Assembly: GCA_041496385.1 (NCBI GenBank)
Contig: JBGQEL010000012.1
Coordinates: 11,409-75,408, forward strand
Reading direction: 5' to 3'
DNA from: Candidatus Methylomirabilia bacterium
GTDB lineage: Bacteria; Methylomirabilota; Methylomirabilia; Rokubacteriales; CSP1-6
DNA: 64,000 nt
Positions 8,482-16,328 of the stretch are shown one piece after another. The translations under genes were made by a program, and so were the position numbers. The stretch's first letter is position 1; the number at the start of each line of letters is the position of its first letter. The notes under the pieces are model-generated. The model made no database searches and had not been told where the DNA came from. It saw nothing but the letters and a program-made list of their open reading frames with translations.

Positions 8482-11228
8482 GGGCGCGAGGCGAGGGGGG
8501 CGGACTCGAGGTCGGGCGCGGCGGGTACCGGGCGGGGGCGCTGGCGCAGCAGCACGGGCAGCACGATCAGCGAGGCGACGAGGCTCGTGGCGCTGCCGAG
8601 CGTGAGCAGCAGACCCAGGCCGAAGATGCCGCGGTGGTCGGCGACCATGAGGCTGCCGAAGCCCACGACGTTCGAGAGCCCGTTGACCAGGACCGCCATC
8701 ACCGTGCTGCGGGCGATGAGCGGCCCGCCGTGGTCGCGCCCTTCCATGTAGCGCATCACGATGTTCAGCCCGTACTCGGCGGCGGCGCCGAGGATGAGCG
8801 GGAGCCCGAAGACGTTGCCCATGTTGAACTTCAGGTCGAAGAAGTACATCAGGCCGAAGGTCCAGAGCATCCCGAGGCCCAGCGGCAGGAGCGCCAGGAA
8901 CGTCTCGCGCACGCGGCGCAGCGCGAGGAAGGTGACGAGCGTGACGAGGAGCACCGCGTACACGGTGCCCTCCTTGTACGAGCGCTCCATGAAGCGGATC
9001 GCCTCGAAGGTGACGACGGGCGTGCCGGTCACCTCGGGGTCGACCGAGCGCAGCTCGGTGACGAAGCGGGTCGCGCCCTCGCGGTCCCAGATGTCCACCG
9101 CCGGCTCGATCTGGAGGAGGAACCGCCCCTTGTCGCTGATGAACTTGCGCCGGATCTCCGGCGGCACGTCCTTGAGTCCGATGGTCCGCGGCGCGAGGTT
9201 CCCCTGGAGCCGCTGGAAGCTCTTGACGAAGTCGCCGTAGATCTGGTTCTGCAGCACCGTGAGCGCCGGCTCGCTCACCTCCGGATCGGTCTGGCGCAGG
9301 CGGATCATGAGCCGGTCGATCTCTTCGTTGAGATTCTGCAGGCGCAGCTTCGTGTCGCCCTCCGGGGCCTCGTTCGCGGCGATCCCGAAGCGCCGCCGCA
9401 GCGTCTCGAGCGCGGTGACGAGCCGCTCCCGGTCCACGGGCGTCGCGCGCCCCACGCGCACCGACGCGACGATGGGCGCGAAGTCGCGGATGATCTTCAT
9501 CTTCTCGGCCTGCTCCTCGGGGATCAGCAGGAGGGCCGAGTCGACCCCGGAGACCGTCGGGAGCCGGGCGAACGCCGCCTGTTTCCGGCGGAGCTCGTCG
9601 AGCGTGTCGGCGCTCGCCAGGGCCGTGAAGGCCGAGCGCCCCGCGGTGGCCAGGATGCGTTTCTCCCAGGCGACCGATTCGGTGCCGCGGGCCTGGAGGT
9701 TGAGCAGGTTGTAGTCGAACTGGATGTACATCAGGCCCCAGAGCGACACGCCGGTGATCACGGCCGCGAACGCGAGCACCGACTTCGGATAGCGCACGAG
9801 CCGCTCGACGAGCGGGACGTGCACGCGCTCGAGCGCCAGCGCGCGGGGGATCGCGTTCCCGGAGCGGTTCGCGTGCCGGCGATCCACGAGCACGAGGACC
9901 GCGGGGAAGACGGTCATCATCGAGACCCACGAGAGGAGGATCGCCGTGCCGGCCACGAAGCCGAGCTCCTGGACGCCGCGGAACTCGGTGAGACCGAGCA
10001 CGTAGAAGGTGCCCGCGGCGGTCACCGCGCCGAGCAGCATGCCGGGGCCGCTGCGCGCCGCCGTGATCTCGATCGCCTCCTTGAGGTTCCGGCCGAGGAA
10101 CAGCTCCTCCTCGTAGCGGAAGAGGAAGTAGATGCCGTAGTCGATCCCGATGCCGATGACGATCGAGATGAACATGACCGAGAAGAGCGAGAGGTGACCG
10201 ATGACGAGCGTCGCCGCGCCCAGCGACCAGCACAGACTCACCGTGAGCACGAGCAGCATCAGCAGAGGCTTGCCGACCCGGAGGAAGGCGGCGAGCAGGA
10301 GGCCGAGGATCAGCGCGAAGGCGAGGATCGTCGCGTTCTCGCTGTCGCGGAAGGCCGCCGTCATCTCGTCGTTGGCGAGCGCGGGCTTGCCCGTGACCCC
10401 GACCTCCACGTTCGGGAACTCGCGCTTCAGCGACGCGATCACGGCGCGGACGCCCTCGATCGCGCGCTGGTCGCCCGTGAAGCTGCCGCGCTCGGTCTTG
10501 GGTTCGGCGAGGATGAAGAGGAGCCGTTGGTCGTCGGAGAGGAAGTAGCCGGCGCCCGGGTTGTCGGCCCCGTCGACCGAGAAGAAGGTGCCCCAGGGCG
10601 AGCGGTACGGCGCGGGCCGGTCGAGCCGCGCCGAGATCTGCCCGACGAGGTCTTCGACGAACTTGAAATCGAGCGAGGCCTTGCCGTCGTTGAGACCGAG
10701 GTCGATGAAGCTGGTGACGAACGCGTTCGCGACCTGGGTCGCGACGCCGTCGACGAGCTGGTCCAGGGTAGGGCGGCCCGCGAAGGCCTCCACGAAGTCC
10801 TGGTAGTCGAAGATCTTGTCGCGGATCGCCTCGAGCCTCTCCTTCGAGAGGTAGAGGAGGCCGCGTCCCTCGAACTGCTTGGGGTCGATGCGATACGCCA
10901 CGCGCGCGAGCGGCACCTGATGGACACGCAGCTCGCGGGCGAGGCGCTGCGCGTAGACCGTCGCCTCGGGCAGCGACGGCGCCTGGACGACGATGGCGAG
11001 ATCGTCGAGCTGGCCGAACTCCTTCTCGTACTGCCTGTACTTCTCGACGTACGGCTGGCCGGACGGCAGCAGCCGGAGGGCCGAGGTCTGGAAGGTCATG
11101 GTCGTCAGCGTGTAGACGACCGAGACGACGGCGAGAGCCAGCGCCAGGCCGAGCGTCAGCCAGGGCCGGGCGCACGACAGCCGAACAAGGCGCCGGAGCG
11201 GACGGCCGATGCTTCGGGCGACCGCCAC
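8478..11228 (-). CDS. hpnN: hopanoid biosynthesis-associated RND/MMPL transporter HpnN
   Basis: 916 aa, two ~6-TM bundles with large periplasmic loops, MMPL/RND architecture; GTG start directly abutting the MIPS stop (TAGGTG); sits in an hpn gene neighbourhood. Confidence 0.8.
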   Translation of the reverse strand: MAVARSIGRPLRRLVRLSCARPWLTLGLALALAVVSVVYTLTTMTFQTSALRLLPSGQPYVEKYRQYEKEFGQLDDLAIVVQAPSLPEATVYAQRLARELRVHQVPLARVAYRIDPKQFEGRGLLYLSKERLEAIRDKIFDYQDFVEAFAGRPTLDQLVDGVATQVANAFVTSFIDLGLNDGKASLDFKFVEDLVGQISARLDRPAPYRSPWGTFFSVDGADNPGAGYFLSDDQRLLFILAEPKTERGSFTGDQRAIEGVRAVIASLKREFPNVEVGVTGKPALANDEMTAAFRDSENATILAFALILGLLLAAFLRVGKPLLMLLVLTVSLCWSLGAATLVIGHLSLFSVMFISIVIGIGIDYGIYFLFRYEEELFLGRNLKEAIEITAARSGPGMLLGAVTAAGTFYVLGLTEFRGVQELGFVAGTAILLSWVSMMTVFPAVLVLVDRRHANRSGNAIPRALALERVHVPLVERLVRYPKSVLAFAAVITGVSLWGLMYIQFDYNLLNLQARGTESVAWEKRILATAGRSAFTALASADTLDELRRKQAAFARLPTVSGVDSALLLIPEEQAEKMKIIRDFAPIVASVRVGRATPVDRERLVTALETLRRRFGIAANEAPEGDTKLRLQNLNEEIDRLMIRLRQTDPEVSEPALTVLQNQIYGDFVKSFQRLQGNLAPRTIGLKDVPPEIRRKFISDKGRFLLQIEPAVDIWDREGATRFVTELRSVDPEVTGTPVVTFEAIRFMERSYKEGTVYAVLLVTLVTFLALRRVRETFLALLPLGLGMLWTFGLMYFFDLKFNMGNVFGLPLILGAAAEYGLNIVMRYMEGRDHGGPLIARSTVMAVLVNGLSNVVGFGSLMVADHRGIFGLGLLLTLGSATSLVASLIVLPVLLRQRPRPVPAAPDLESAPLASRP

Positions 11229-12335
11229 CTACTCTTCGCCGGCGATGAACCGCTCGAGGCGCGTGTGGGCGACGTCGTCGGTCCACTGCTCCGGTGGCGA
11301 CTTCATCAGGTAGGCTGACGGCGCGAGGAGCGCCCCCTTGAGCCCGCGGTCCAGCGCCGTCTGGCAGAGGCGAATCGCGTCGATGACGACGCCGGCGGAG
11401 TTCGGCGAGTCCCACACTTCGAGCTTCAGCTCGATGTTGATCGGCTGGTCGCCGAAGCCGCGGCCCTCGAGGCGGATGTGGGCCCACTTGCGGTCCTCGA
11501 GCCACGGCACGTAGTCGCTCGGGCCGATGTGCACGGCGTCGGCCGGGAGCTCGTGACCCAGCTGCGAGCGGACCGAGTCGGTCTTCGAGATCTTCTTCGA
11601 GACGAGTCGGTCGCGGTCGAGCATGTTGTAGAAGTCGGTGTTGCCGCCGAAGTTGAGCTGGCTCGTGCGCTCGAGCCGGACGCCGCGGTCCATGAAGAGC
11701 TTGGTGAGGACGCGGTGGATGATGGTGGCGCCGACCTGCGACTTCACGTCGTCACCGACGACGGGCAGCCCGCGCTCCTCGAAGCGCCTGCGCCAGTAGC
11801 TCTCGCGCGCGATGAAGACGGGGATGCAGTTGACGAACGCGCAGCCCGCTTCGAGGACCTGCTCGACGTACCACTTGGTCGCCATCTCGCTGCCGACCGG
11901 CAGGAAGTTCACGACGACGTTCGTCCGCGTCTCGCGGAGGATGCCGACGATGTCGGCCGTCGAGCCGGGCGCCTTCTTGATCATCTGCGAGAGGTAGTGG
12001 CCGAGGCCGTCGTGCGTCATCCCGCGCTGGACGGGCACGCCGAGGTGCGGCACGGTCGCGAAGCGCACCGTGTTGTTGGGCGGCTGGAAGATGGCCTCGC
12101 CGAGGTCCTTGCCCACCTTGCGCTCGTCGATGTCGAACGCGGCGGAGAACTCGATGTCGCCGACGTGGTAGGCGCCGACCCTCGGATGCATGAGACCCGG
12201 AATGAACTGGTTCTCGGGGGCGTTCCGGTAGTAGTGGACACCCTGGACGAGCGACGATGCGCAGTTGCCGACACCCACGATGGCGACTCGAACGGATCCC
12301 ACGGGCGCCTCCCTCGGCAGGAATACTTTTCGCAC
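11229..12335 (-). CDS. ino1: myo-inositol-1-phosphate synthase (inositol-3-phosphate synthase)
   Basis: 368 aa; N-terminal [16 protein letters not shown] Rossmann motif, NFGGNTDF and surrounding catalytic-region motifs typical of prokaryotic/archaeal MIPS. Confidence 0.8.
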   Translation of the reverse strand: MRKVFLPREAPVGSVRVAIVGVGNCASSLVQGVHYYRNAPENQFIPGLMHPRVGAYHVGDIEFSAAFDIDERKVGKDLGEAIFQPPNNTVRFATVPHLGVPVQRGMTHDGLGHYLSQMIKKAPGSTADIVGILRETRTNVVVNFLPVGSEMATKWYVEQVLEAGCAFVNCIPVFIARESYWRRRFEERGLPVVGDDVKSQVGATIIHRVLTKLFMDRGVRLERTSQLNFGGNTDFYNMLDRDRLVSKKISKTDSVRSQLGHELPADAVHIGPSDYVPWLEDRKWAHIRLEGRGFGDQPINIELKLEVWDSPNSAGVVIDAIRLCQTALDRGLKGALLAPSAYLMKSPPEQWTDDVAHTRLERFIAGEE

Positions 12336-12382
12336 AGTGTATCACAGGCTTGGAGGGGGTCCGCGCTCCGGGACGCTCACCC

Positions 12383-13579
12383 TCACGGCGCCCCCAGGCT
12401 CGCGCGGAACCGGTCGCGGATCTGGCGCGGCGTGTGCGGGATCCGCGGGACATCCACCTCCTCCGGCGTGACCTTCGCCAGGACGAAGCCCGGCCCCGGC
12501 CCGGCCAGCGCCGCCCGCACCGCGGCGGTGAGCGCGTCGGGCGTCGCGACCGCCGTCGCGACACAGCCCGCGGCGCGCGCGATCCGGTCGAGCCGCACCT
12601 CGCGCGAGGGGGAGGGCTGGTTGCCGGTCGAGCCGTAGACCTCGTTGTCGAAGACGACGTGCACGAAGCGAGGCGGGCGCAGGCTGCCGATCGTCCCGAG
12701 GATGCCGAGGTTCATCAGGAGGTTGCCATCGCCGTCGAAGACGACCGTCCGCTTCTCGGGCCGGACGAGCGCGAGCCCCAGGCCGATCGCCGAGGCGAGG
12801 CCCATCGAGCCGATCATGTAGAAGTTCTGCGGCCGGTCGGCGAGCGAGAAGGACTCGCGGCAGATGTAGCCGTTCGCGTGGATCACGGGCTCGTCGCGGA
12901 GCTGCCCGATGGCGACGCCGAGCGCGTCGCGCCGCGACATCACCGGCCGCAACTCCTCGTCCGCCCCCGCCTGTCCCGAATGAATGCCTGCCACCGGGGC
13001 CGGGGTGGTGGTCGGGGGCGGCCCAGTGGGCGTGTCGTTACCGGCAACGGGGCCGCCCCCCCCCACCCCCCCGGCCCCCCTCACGGCGCCAAGATCGAGG
13101 ACTCCGGGGGGAACGAGGATCGCGACCGGTGCTTCGCGCGCGTCCATTTCGGCGCGCGCCCACTGCAACAGCTCCTCGACTCCCTCTCGGGCGAGGACCC
13201 GATGGGGGATGCCGTGGAGCTCGAGAAGCTGCGGCGTGATCCGGCCCGTCAGGATGTGCTCGGGCGCGTCCTTGCCCTCGAAGCCGCGCCACGTGATCAG
13301 CAGCAGGACGGGGAGGCCGTACATGAGGGAGAGCGAAGCCAGGGCGTTCCCGCACGTGCCGAGCCCGGAGTTCTGCATCAGCACCACGGGCCGCCGCCCG
13401 CCGAGCCACGCGCCCGCGGCGAGCCCGATCGCGGCGTCCTCGCGGGCCGCGGCCACGTACGGCGCGCGCGGGCGGCGCTCGAGCGCCGCGACGAGGTCCT
13501 CGATCAACGAGCAGGGAACGCCGGTGAAGAAATCGAATCCGTGACGCTCGAGCAGCGCGGCGAGCTGGGCGCCCGACAC
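12383..13579 (-). CDS. TPP-dependent decarboxylase, sulfopyruvate/phosphonopyruvate decarboxylase family (fused two-domain form with Gly/Pro/Thr-rich linker)
   Basis: 398 aa; N-terminal TPP pyrimidine-binding domain and C-terminal domain with the GDG-N diphosphate-binding motif (VVFDGDGNLLMNLG), no central domain. This is the ComDE/Ppd architecture. The domains are joined by GAGGVGGGGPVAGNDTPTGPPPTTTPAPVAG. Confidence 0.6.
   Translation of the reverse strand: MSGAQLAALLERHGFDFFTGVPCSLIEDLVAALERRPRAPYVAAAREDAAIGLAAGAWLGGRRPVVLMQNSGLGTCGNALASLSLMYGLPVLLLITWRGFEGKDAPEHILTGRITPQLLELHGIPHRVLAREGVEELLQWARAEMDAREAPVAILVPPGVLDLGAVRGAGGVGGGGPVAGNDTPTGPPPTTTPAPVAGIHSGQAGADEELRPVMSRRDALGVAIGQLRDEPVIHANGYICRESFSLADRPQNFYMIGSMGLASAIGLGLALVRPEKRTVVFDGDGNLLMNLGILGTIGSLRPPRFVHVVFDNEVYGSTGNQPSPSREVRLDRIARAAGCVATAVATPDALTAAVRAALAGPGPGFVLAKVTPEEVDVPRIPHTPRQIRDRFRASLGAP
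13055..13080. repeat. homopolymeric tract C9-A-C7-GG-C6 inside the TPP-decarboxylase CDS (encodes GGVGGGGP on the minus strand)
   Basis: Plus-strand gccccccccc a ccccccc gg cccccc. Reverse-complement translation gives GAVRGAGGVGGGGPVAG, matching the ORF. Confidence 0.7.
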
Positions 13580-13613
13580 TATGCCCGGGGGTGCGCGCGC
13601 GGGCCCGGGGCGC

Positions 13614-14252
13614 TCACTTCTGCGAGGTGCGTCGCGCCTGCTCCTCGTGGAACTCGTCCTGCTTGGTCTTCATCTTCCGGACGAGCTCCTGGTAGGACGA
13701 CGTCGTGATGATCTTGTTGAACTGGGCGCGGTAGTTCGCGATGAGGCTCACGCCCTCGATGACGACATCGTAGACGAGCCACCGATCGCCACTGCGTCGC
13801 AGCATCCGGTACTCCACGGGGATGTCGGTGCCGTCCTTGGTGACGAGCTTGCTCCGGACGATCGCCTGATCGTCGTCGATGGTCTCGCCGGTGTACGTGA
13901 TCTTCTCGCCGCCGTAGATCTCGATCCTGGAGATGTACGAGCGCTCCAGGAGGTCGGCGAAGAGGGCGACGAACTCCTCGCGCTCCGCGGCCGTCCGCGA
14001 CGCCCAGTGGCGCGCCAGCGAGCGTTTCGCGGTCTCGCCGAAGTCGAAGACCTCGTTGGCGATCTTGCGGACGGCCGCGCGCCGCTCCCTGACCCGGGTC
14101 TCCTTCTTGAGCTCGGGATCCTCGAGCAGTCGCATGACCCGCTCGATCTGGGCCTTGAGCTGCTCCGTGGGCGGGCCCGCCCACGCCGGGGCCGCGTCCA
14201 GCAGCAGCAGGACGGCGGCGGCACAGACGAGGCCCCGGCTCCGTGGCGTCAT
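13614..14252 (-). CDS. hpnM: MlaC/Ttg2D-family periplasmic lipid-binding protein (HpnM-like)
   Basis: 212 aa with signal peptide (AAAVLLLLDAAPAWAG); Ttg2D/MlaC-like fold motifs; the hopanoid-associated member of this family is HpnM. Confidence 0.65.
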   Translation of the reverse strand: MTPRSRGLVCAAAVLLLLDAAPAWAGPPTEQLKAQIERVMRLLEDPELKKETRVRERRAAVRKIANEVFDFGETAKRSLARHWASRTAAEREEFVALFADLLERSYISRIEIYGGEKITYTGETIDDDQAIVRSKLVTKDGTDIPVEYRMLRRSGDRWLVYDVVIEGVSLIANYRAQFNKIITTSSYQELVRKMKTKQDEFHEEQARRTSQK

Positions 14253-14262
14253 CGAGGATCTC

Positions 14263-14703
14263 CTAAACTTTGCCGAAGATGTACTTGGATAGCAGCTCCT
14301 CGAAGTCGACGGGCGCCTCGACCTCGCGGATCCGGCCGTTCGGCTTGATGATCCGATCCGAGCCTCCGGGGCTGATCCGGAGGTATTTCTCGCCGATCAG
14401 CCCCTTGGTCTTGATCGAGGCGATCGAATCCTCCTGCAGCTTCACGCCCTCGTTGATCCGCAGCGTCACGCGCGCCTGGTAGTCCACCAGACCGATTGCC
14501 TCGATGCGCCCGATCTCGACGCCCGCGATCTCGACGGTCGAGCCCGCCTTCAGTCCGCCCACCGCGGGAAAATCCGCGGTGACGACGTAGGCGCCGCCGC
14601 CGAGCAACGAAACCCGCCCGAGTTTAATCGATAGATACCCCAATGCCAAGATCCCGATCAGCACGAACAGCCCCACCGCGATGTTGACGCGCGACCGCTC
14701 CAT
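14263..14703 (-). CDS. MlaD-like MCE-domain protein
   Basis: ORF 14263..15165; protein starts at internal ATG 14703-14701 (MERSRVNIAVGLFVLIGILALGYL...), one N-terminal TM segment plus MCE domain. Start overlaps the upstream stop by 1 nt (TGATG). Confidence 0.7.
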   Translation of the reverse strand: MERSRVNIAVGLFVLIGILALGYLSIKLGRVSLLGGGAYVVTADFPAVGGLKAGSTVEIAGVEIGRIEAIGLVDYQARVTLRINEGVKLQEDSIASIKTKGLIGEKYLRISPGGSDRIIKPNGRIREVEAPVDFEELLSKYIFGKV

Positions 14704-15446
14704 CAGCTTCCCTCCGAGTCTTCCGGGACGCCCCGGATGAACTGGCTCACGACCGGGTTCTGGGACGCCTGGATCGCCGCCGGGGGGCCGACCTCGACGA
14801 TCCGACCCTCGTGCAGCATGGCGACGCTGTCGGCGATCTCGAAGATCTCCGGGATCTCGTGACTCACCATGACGGCCGTGAAGCGGTACTTCCGGTGGAG
14901 ATCGAGGATCAGGTGGTGGATCGTGTTGACGAGCACCGGATCGAGCCCGGTCGTCGGCTCGTCGAAGAAGACGATCTCGGGCTCGATGACGAGCGCGCGC
15001 GCGATCGCCACGCGCTTGCGCATGCCGCCGGACACCTCGGCCGGATACTTGTGGCCCATGCCCTCCAGGCCGACCTGCTGGAGCCCGGCCTCGACGCGCT
15101 TGACCACCTCCGCCGCGGGCAGCCGGAGCTTCTCGCGCAGGGGGAAGGCGACGTTGCCCGCGCACGTCATCGAGTCGAAGAGCGCGCCCCCCTGGAACAC
15201 GACGCCGTAGCGCCGCCGGATGTCGTCGAGCGCGCGGCCGCGGAGACCGGTGATCTCGACGCCGTCCACGAGCACGCGGCCCGCGTCGGGGCTCAGCAGG
15301 CCGATCAGGTGCTTGAGGAGCACCGACTTGCCGCCGCCGCTCCGCCCGATGATCACCGTGATCGAGCCGGTCGCCATCTCGAGGTCGAGGCCGCGGAGCA
15401 CCGGCTGGCCGCCGAACGACTTCACCAGCCCCTCGACCACGATCAT
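14703..15446 (-). CDS. MlaF-like ABC transporter ATP-binding protein
   Basis: 247 aa; Walker A GRSGGGKS, ABC signature LSGGMRKRVAIARAL, Walker B IVFFDEPT. Confidence 0.8.
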   Translation of the reverse strand: MIVVEGLVKSFGGQPVLRGLDLEMATGSITVIIGRSGGGKSVLLKHLIGLLSPDAGRVLVDGVEITGLRGRALDDIRRRYGVVFQGGALFDSMTCAGNVAFPLREKLRLPAAEVVKRVEAGLQQVGLEGMGHKYPAEVSGGMRKRVAIARALVIEPEIVFFDEPTTGLDPVLVNTIHHLILDLHRKYRFTAVMVSHEIPEIFEIADSVAMLHEGRIVEVGPPAAIQASQNPVVSQFIRGVPEDSEGS

Positions 15447-15533
15447 GGACTCGCCTCGGACGGCGGGGCCCCAGCCCCGCGACGCCCTGCGGCTCGCGCG
15501 GCCACGATCATCGGCTCGCCTCGGACGGCGGGC

Positions 15534-16328
15534 TCACGGCAGCACCGAGCCCAAGAAGTAGTCCCAGACCAGGATCAGGACCGAGGAGAGCACGACCGCG
15601 TCCGTCGTCGCCTTGGCGACGCCCTCGGCGCCGTGCCCGACGTTGAAGCCCTTGTAGGTGCAGACCCACATGACGATCACGCCGAAGGACAGCGACTTCC
15701 AGAAGCCGGTCATGATGTCCTTCATGTCGACGAAGGTCTGCATCTCGCCGAAGTACGTGCCCTGGGACAGCCCCAGCAGCTCGACGCCCACGAGGTAGCC
15801 GCCGAAGATGCCGACCGTGTCGAAGATTGCCGTCATCAGCGGGAAGGTCACGATGCCGGCGAGGATGGACGGCGCCACGAGATAGCGCATGGGGTTGAGC
15901 GCCATGACGGTGAGCGCGTCGATCTGCTCGGTGATGCGCATGATCCCGATCTCGGCGGTGAGCGCCGAGCCGGCGCGGCCCGTCACCATGAGCGCCGCGA
16001 GCACGGGACCCAGCTCGCGGATGATCGAGAGCGCGACGGCCGGGCCGAGGTACGCCTCGGAGCCGAAGCGGACGAGCGTCAGGTAGACCTGGAGCCCGAG
16101 GACCATGCCGGTGAAGGAGCCGGTCAGGAGGATGATCAGGAGCGATCGGTAGCCGACGTAGTGGATCCGGTCGATGAACGCCCGGAGCTTGAACGGCGGA
16201 GTCAGGAGCGCGCCCAGCGCCTCGCCCAGGAAGCTGCCGAAGCGACCGAGCGCCTCGACGATCGCGATCGCCCAGCGGCCGAGGGCGTCGAGCGGGGCCA
16301 GCGCCAGCGGGAGCGGCCGCTCAGTCAT
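15534..16328 (-). CDS. MlaE-like ABC transporter permease
   Basis: C-terminal 264 codons of ORF 15534..17684, from ATG 16328 (MTERPLPL...). MlaE/Ttg2B-type permease pattern (ITEQIDAL.VMALNP). ATG overlaps the shc stop (ATGA). Confidence 0.75.
   Translation of the reverse strand: MTERPLPLALAPLDALGRWAIAIVEALGRFGSFLGEALGALLTPPFKLRAFIDRIHYVGYRSLLIILLTGSFTGMVLGLQVYLTLVRFGSEAYLGPAVALSIIRELGPVLAALMVTGRAGSALTAEIGIMRITEQIDALTVMALNPMRYLVAPSILAGIVTFPLMTAIFDTVGIFGGYLVGVELLGLSQGTYFGEMQTFVDMKDIMTGFWKSLSFGVIVMWVCTYKGFNVGHGAEGVAKATTDAVVLSSVLILVWDYFLGSVLP

Noticed and set aside
7285-11505. 1406-aa ORF as a single giant protein
   Set aside because: Only the C-terminal 398 codons (from ATG 8481) have a protein-like composition and glycosyltransferase motifs. 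The upstream part is Arg/Gly/Pro-rich and overlaps hpnN and MIPS in another frame. This is a typical spurious open frame in GC-rich DNA.
13040-13090. C-rich tract as a G-quadruplex/regulatory element or CRISPR-like repeat
   Set aside because: It lies inside a continuous, well-supported reading frame and simply encodes a Gly-rich linker. There is no repeat-spacer periodicity.
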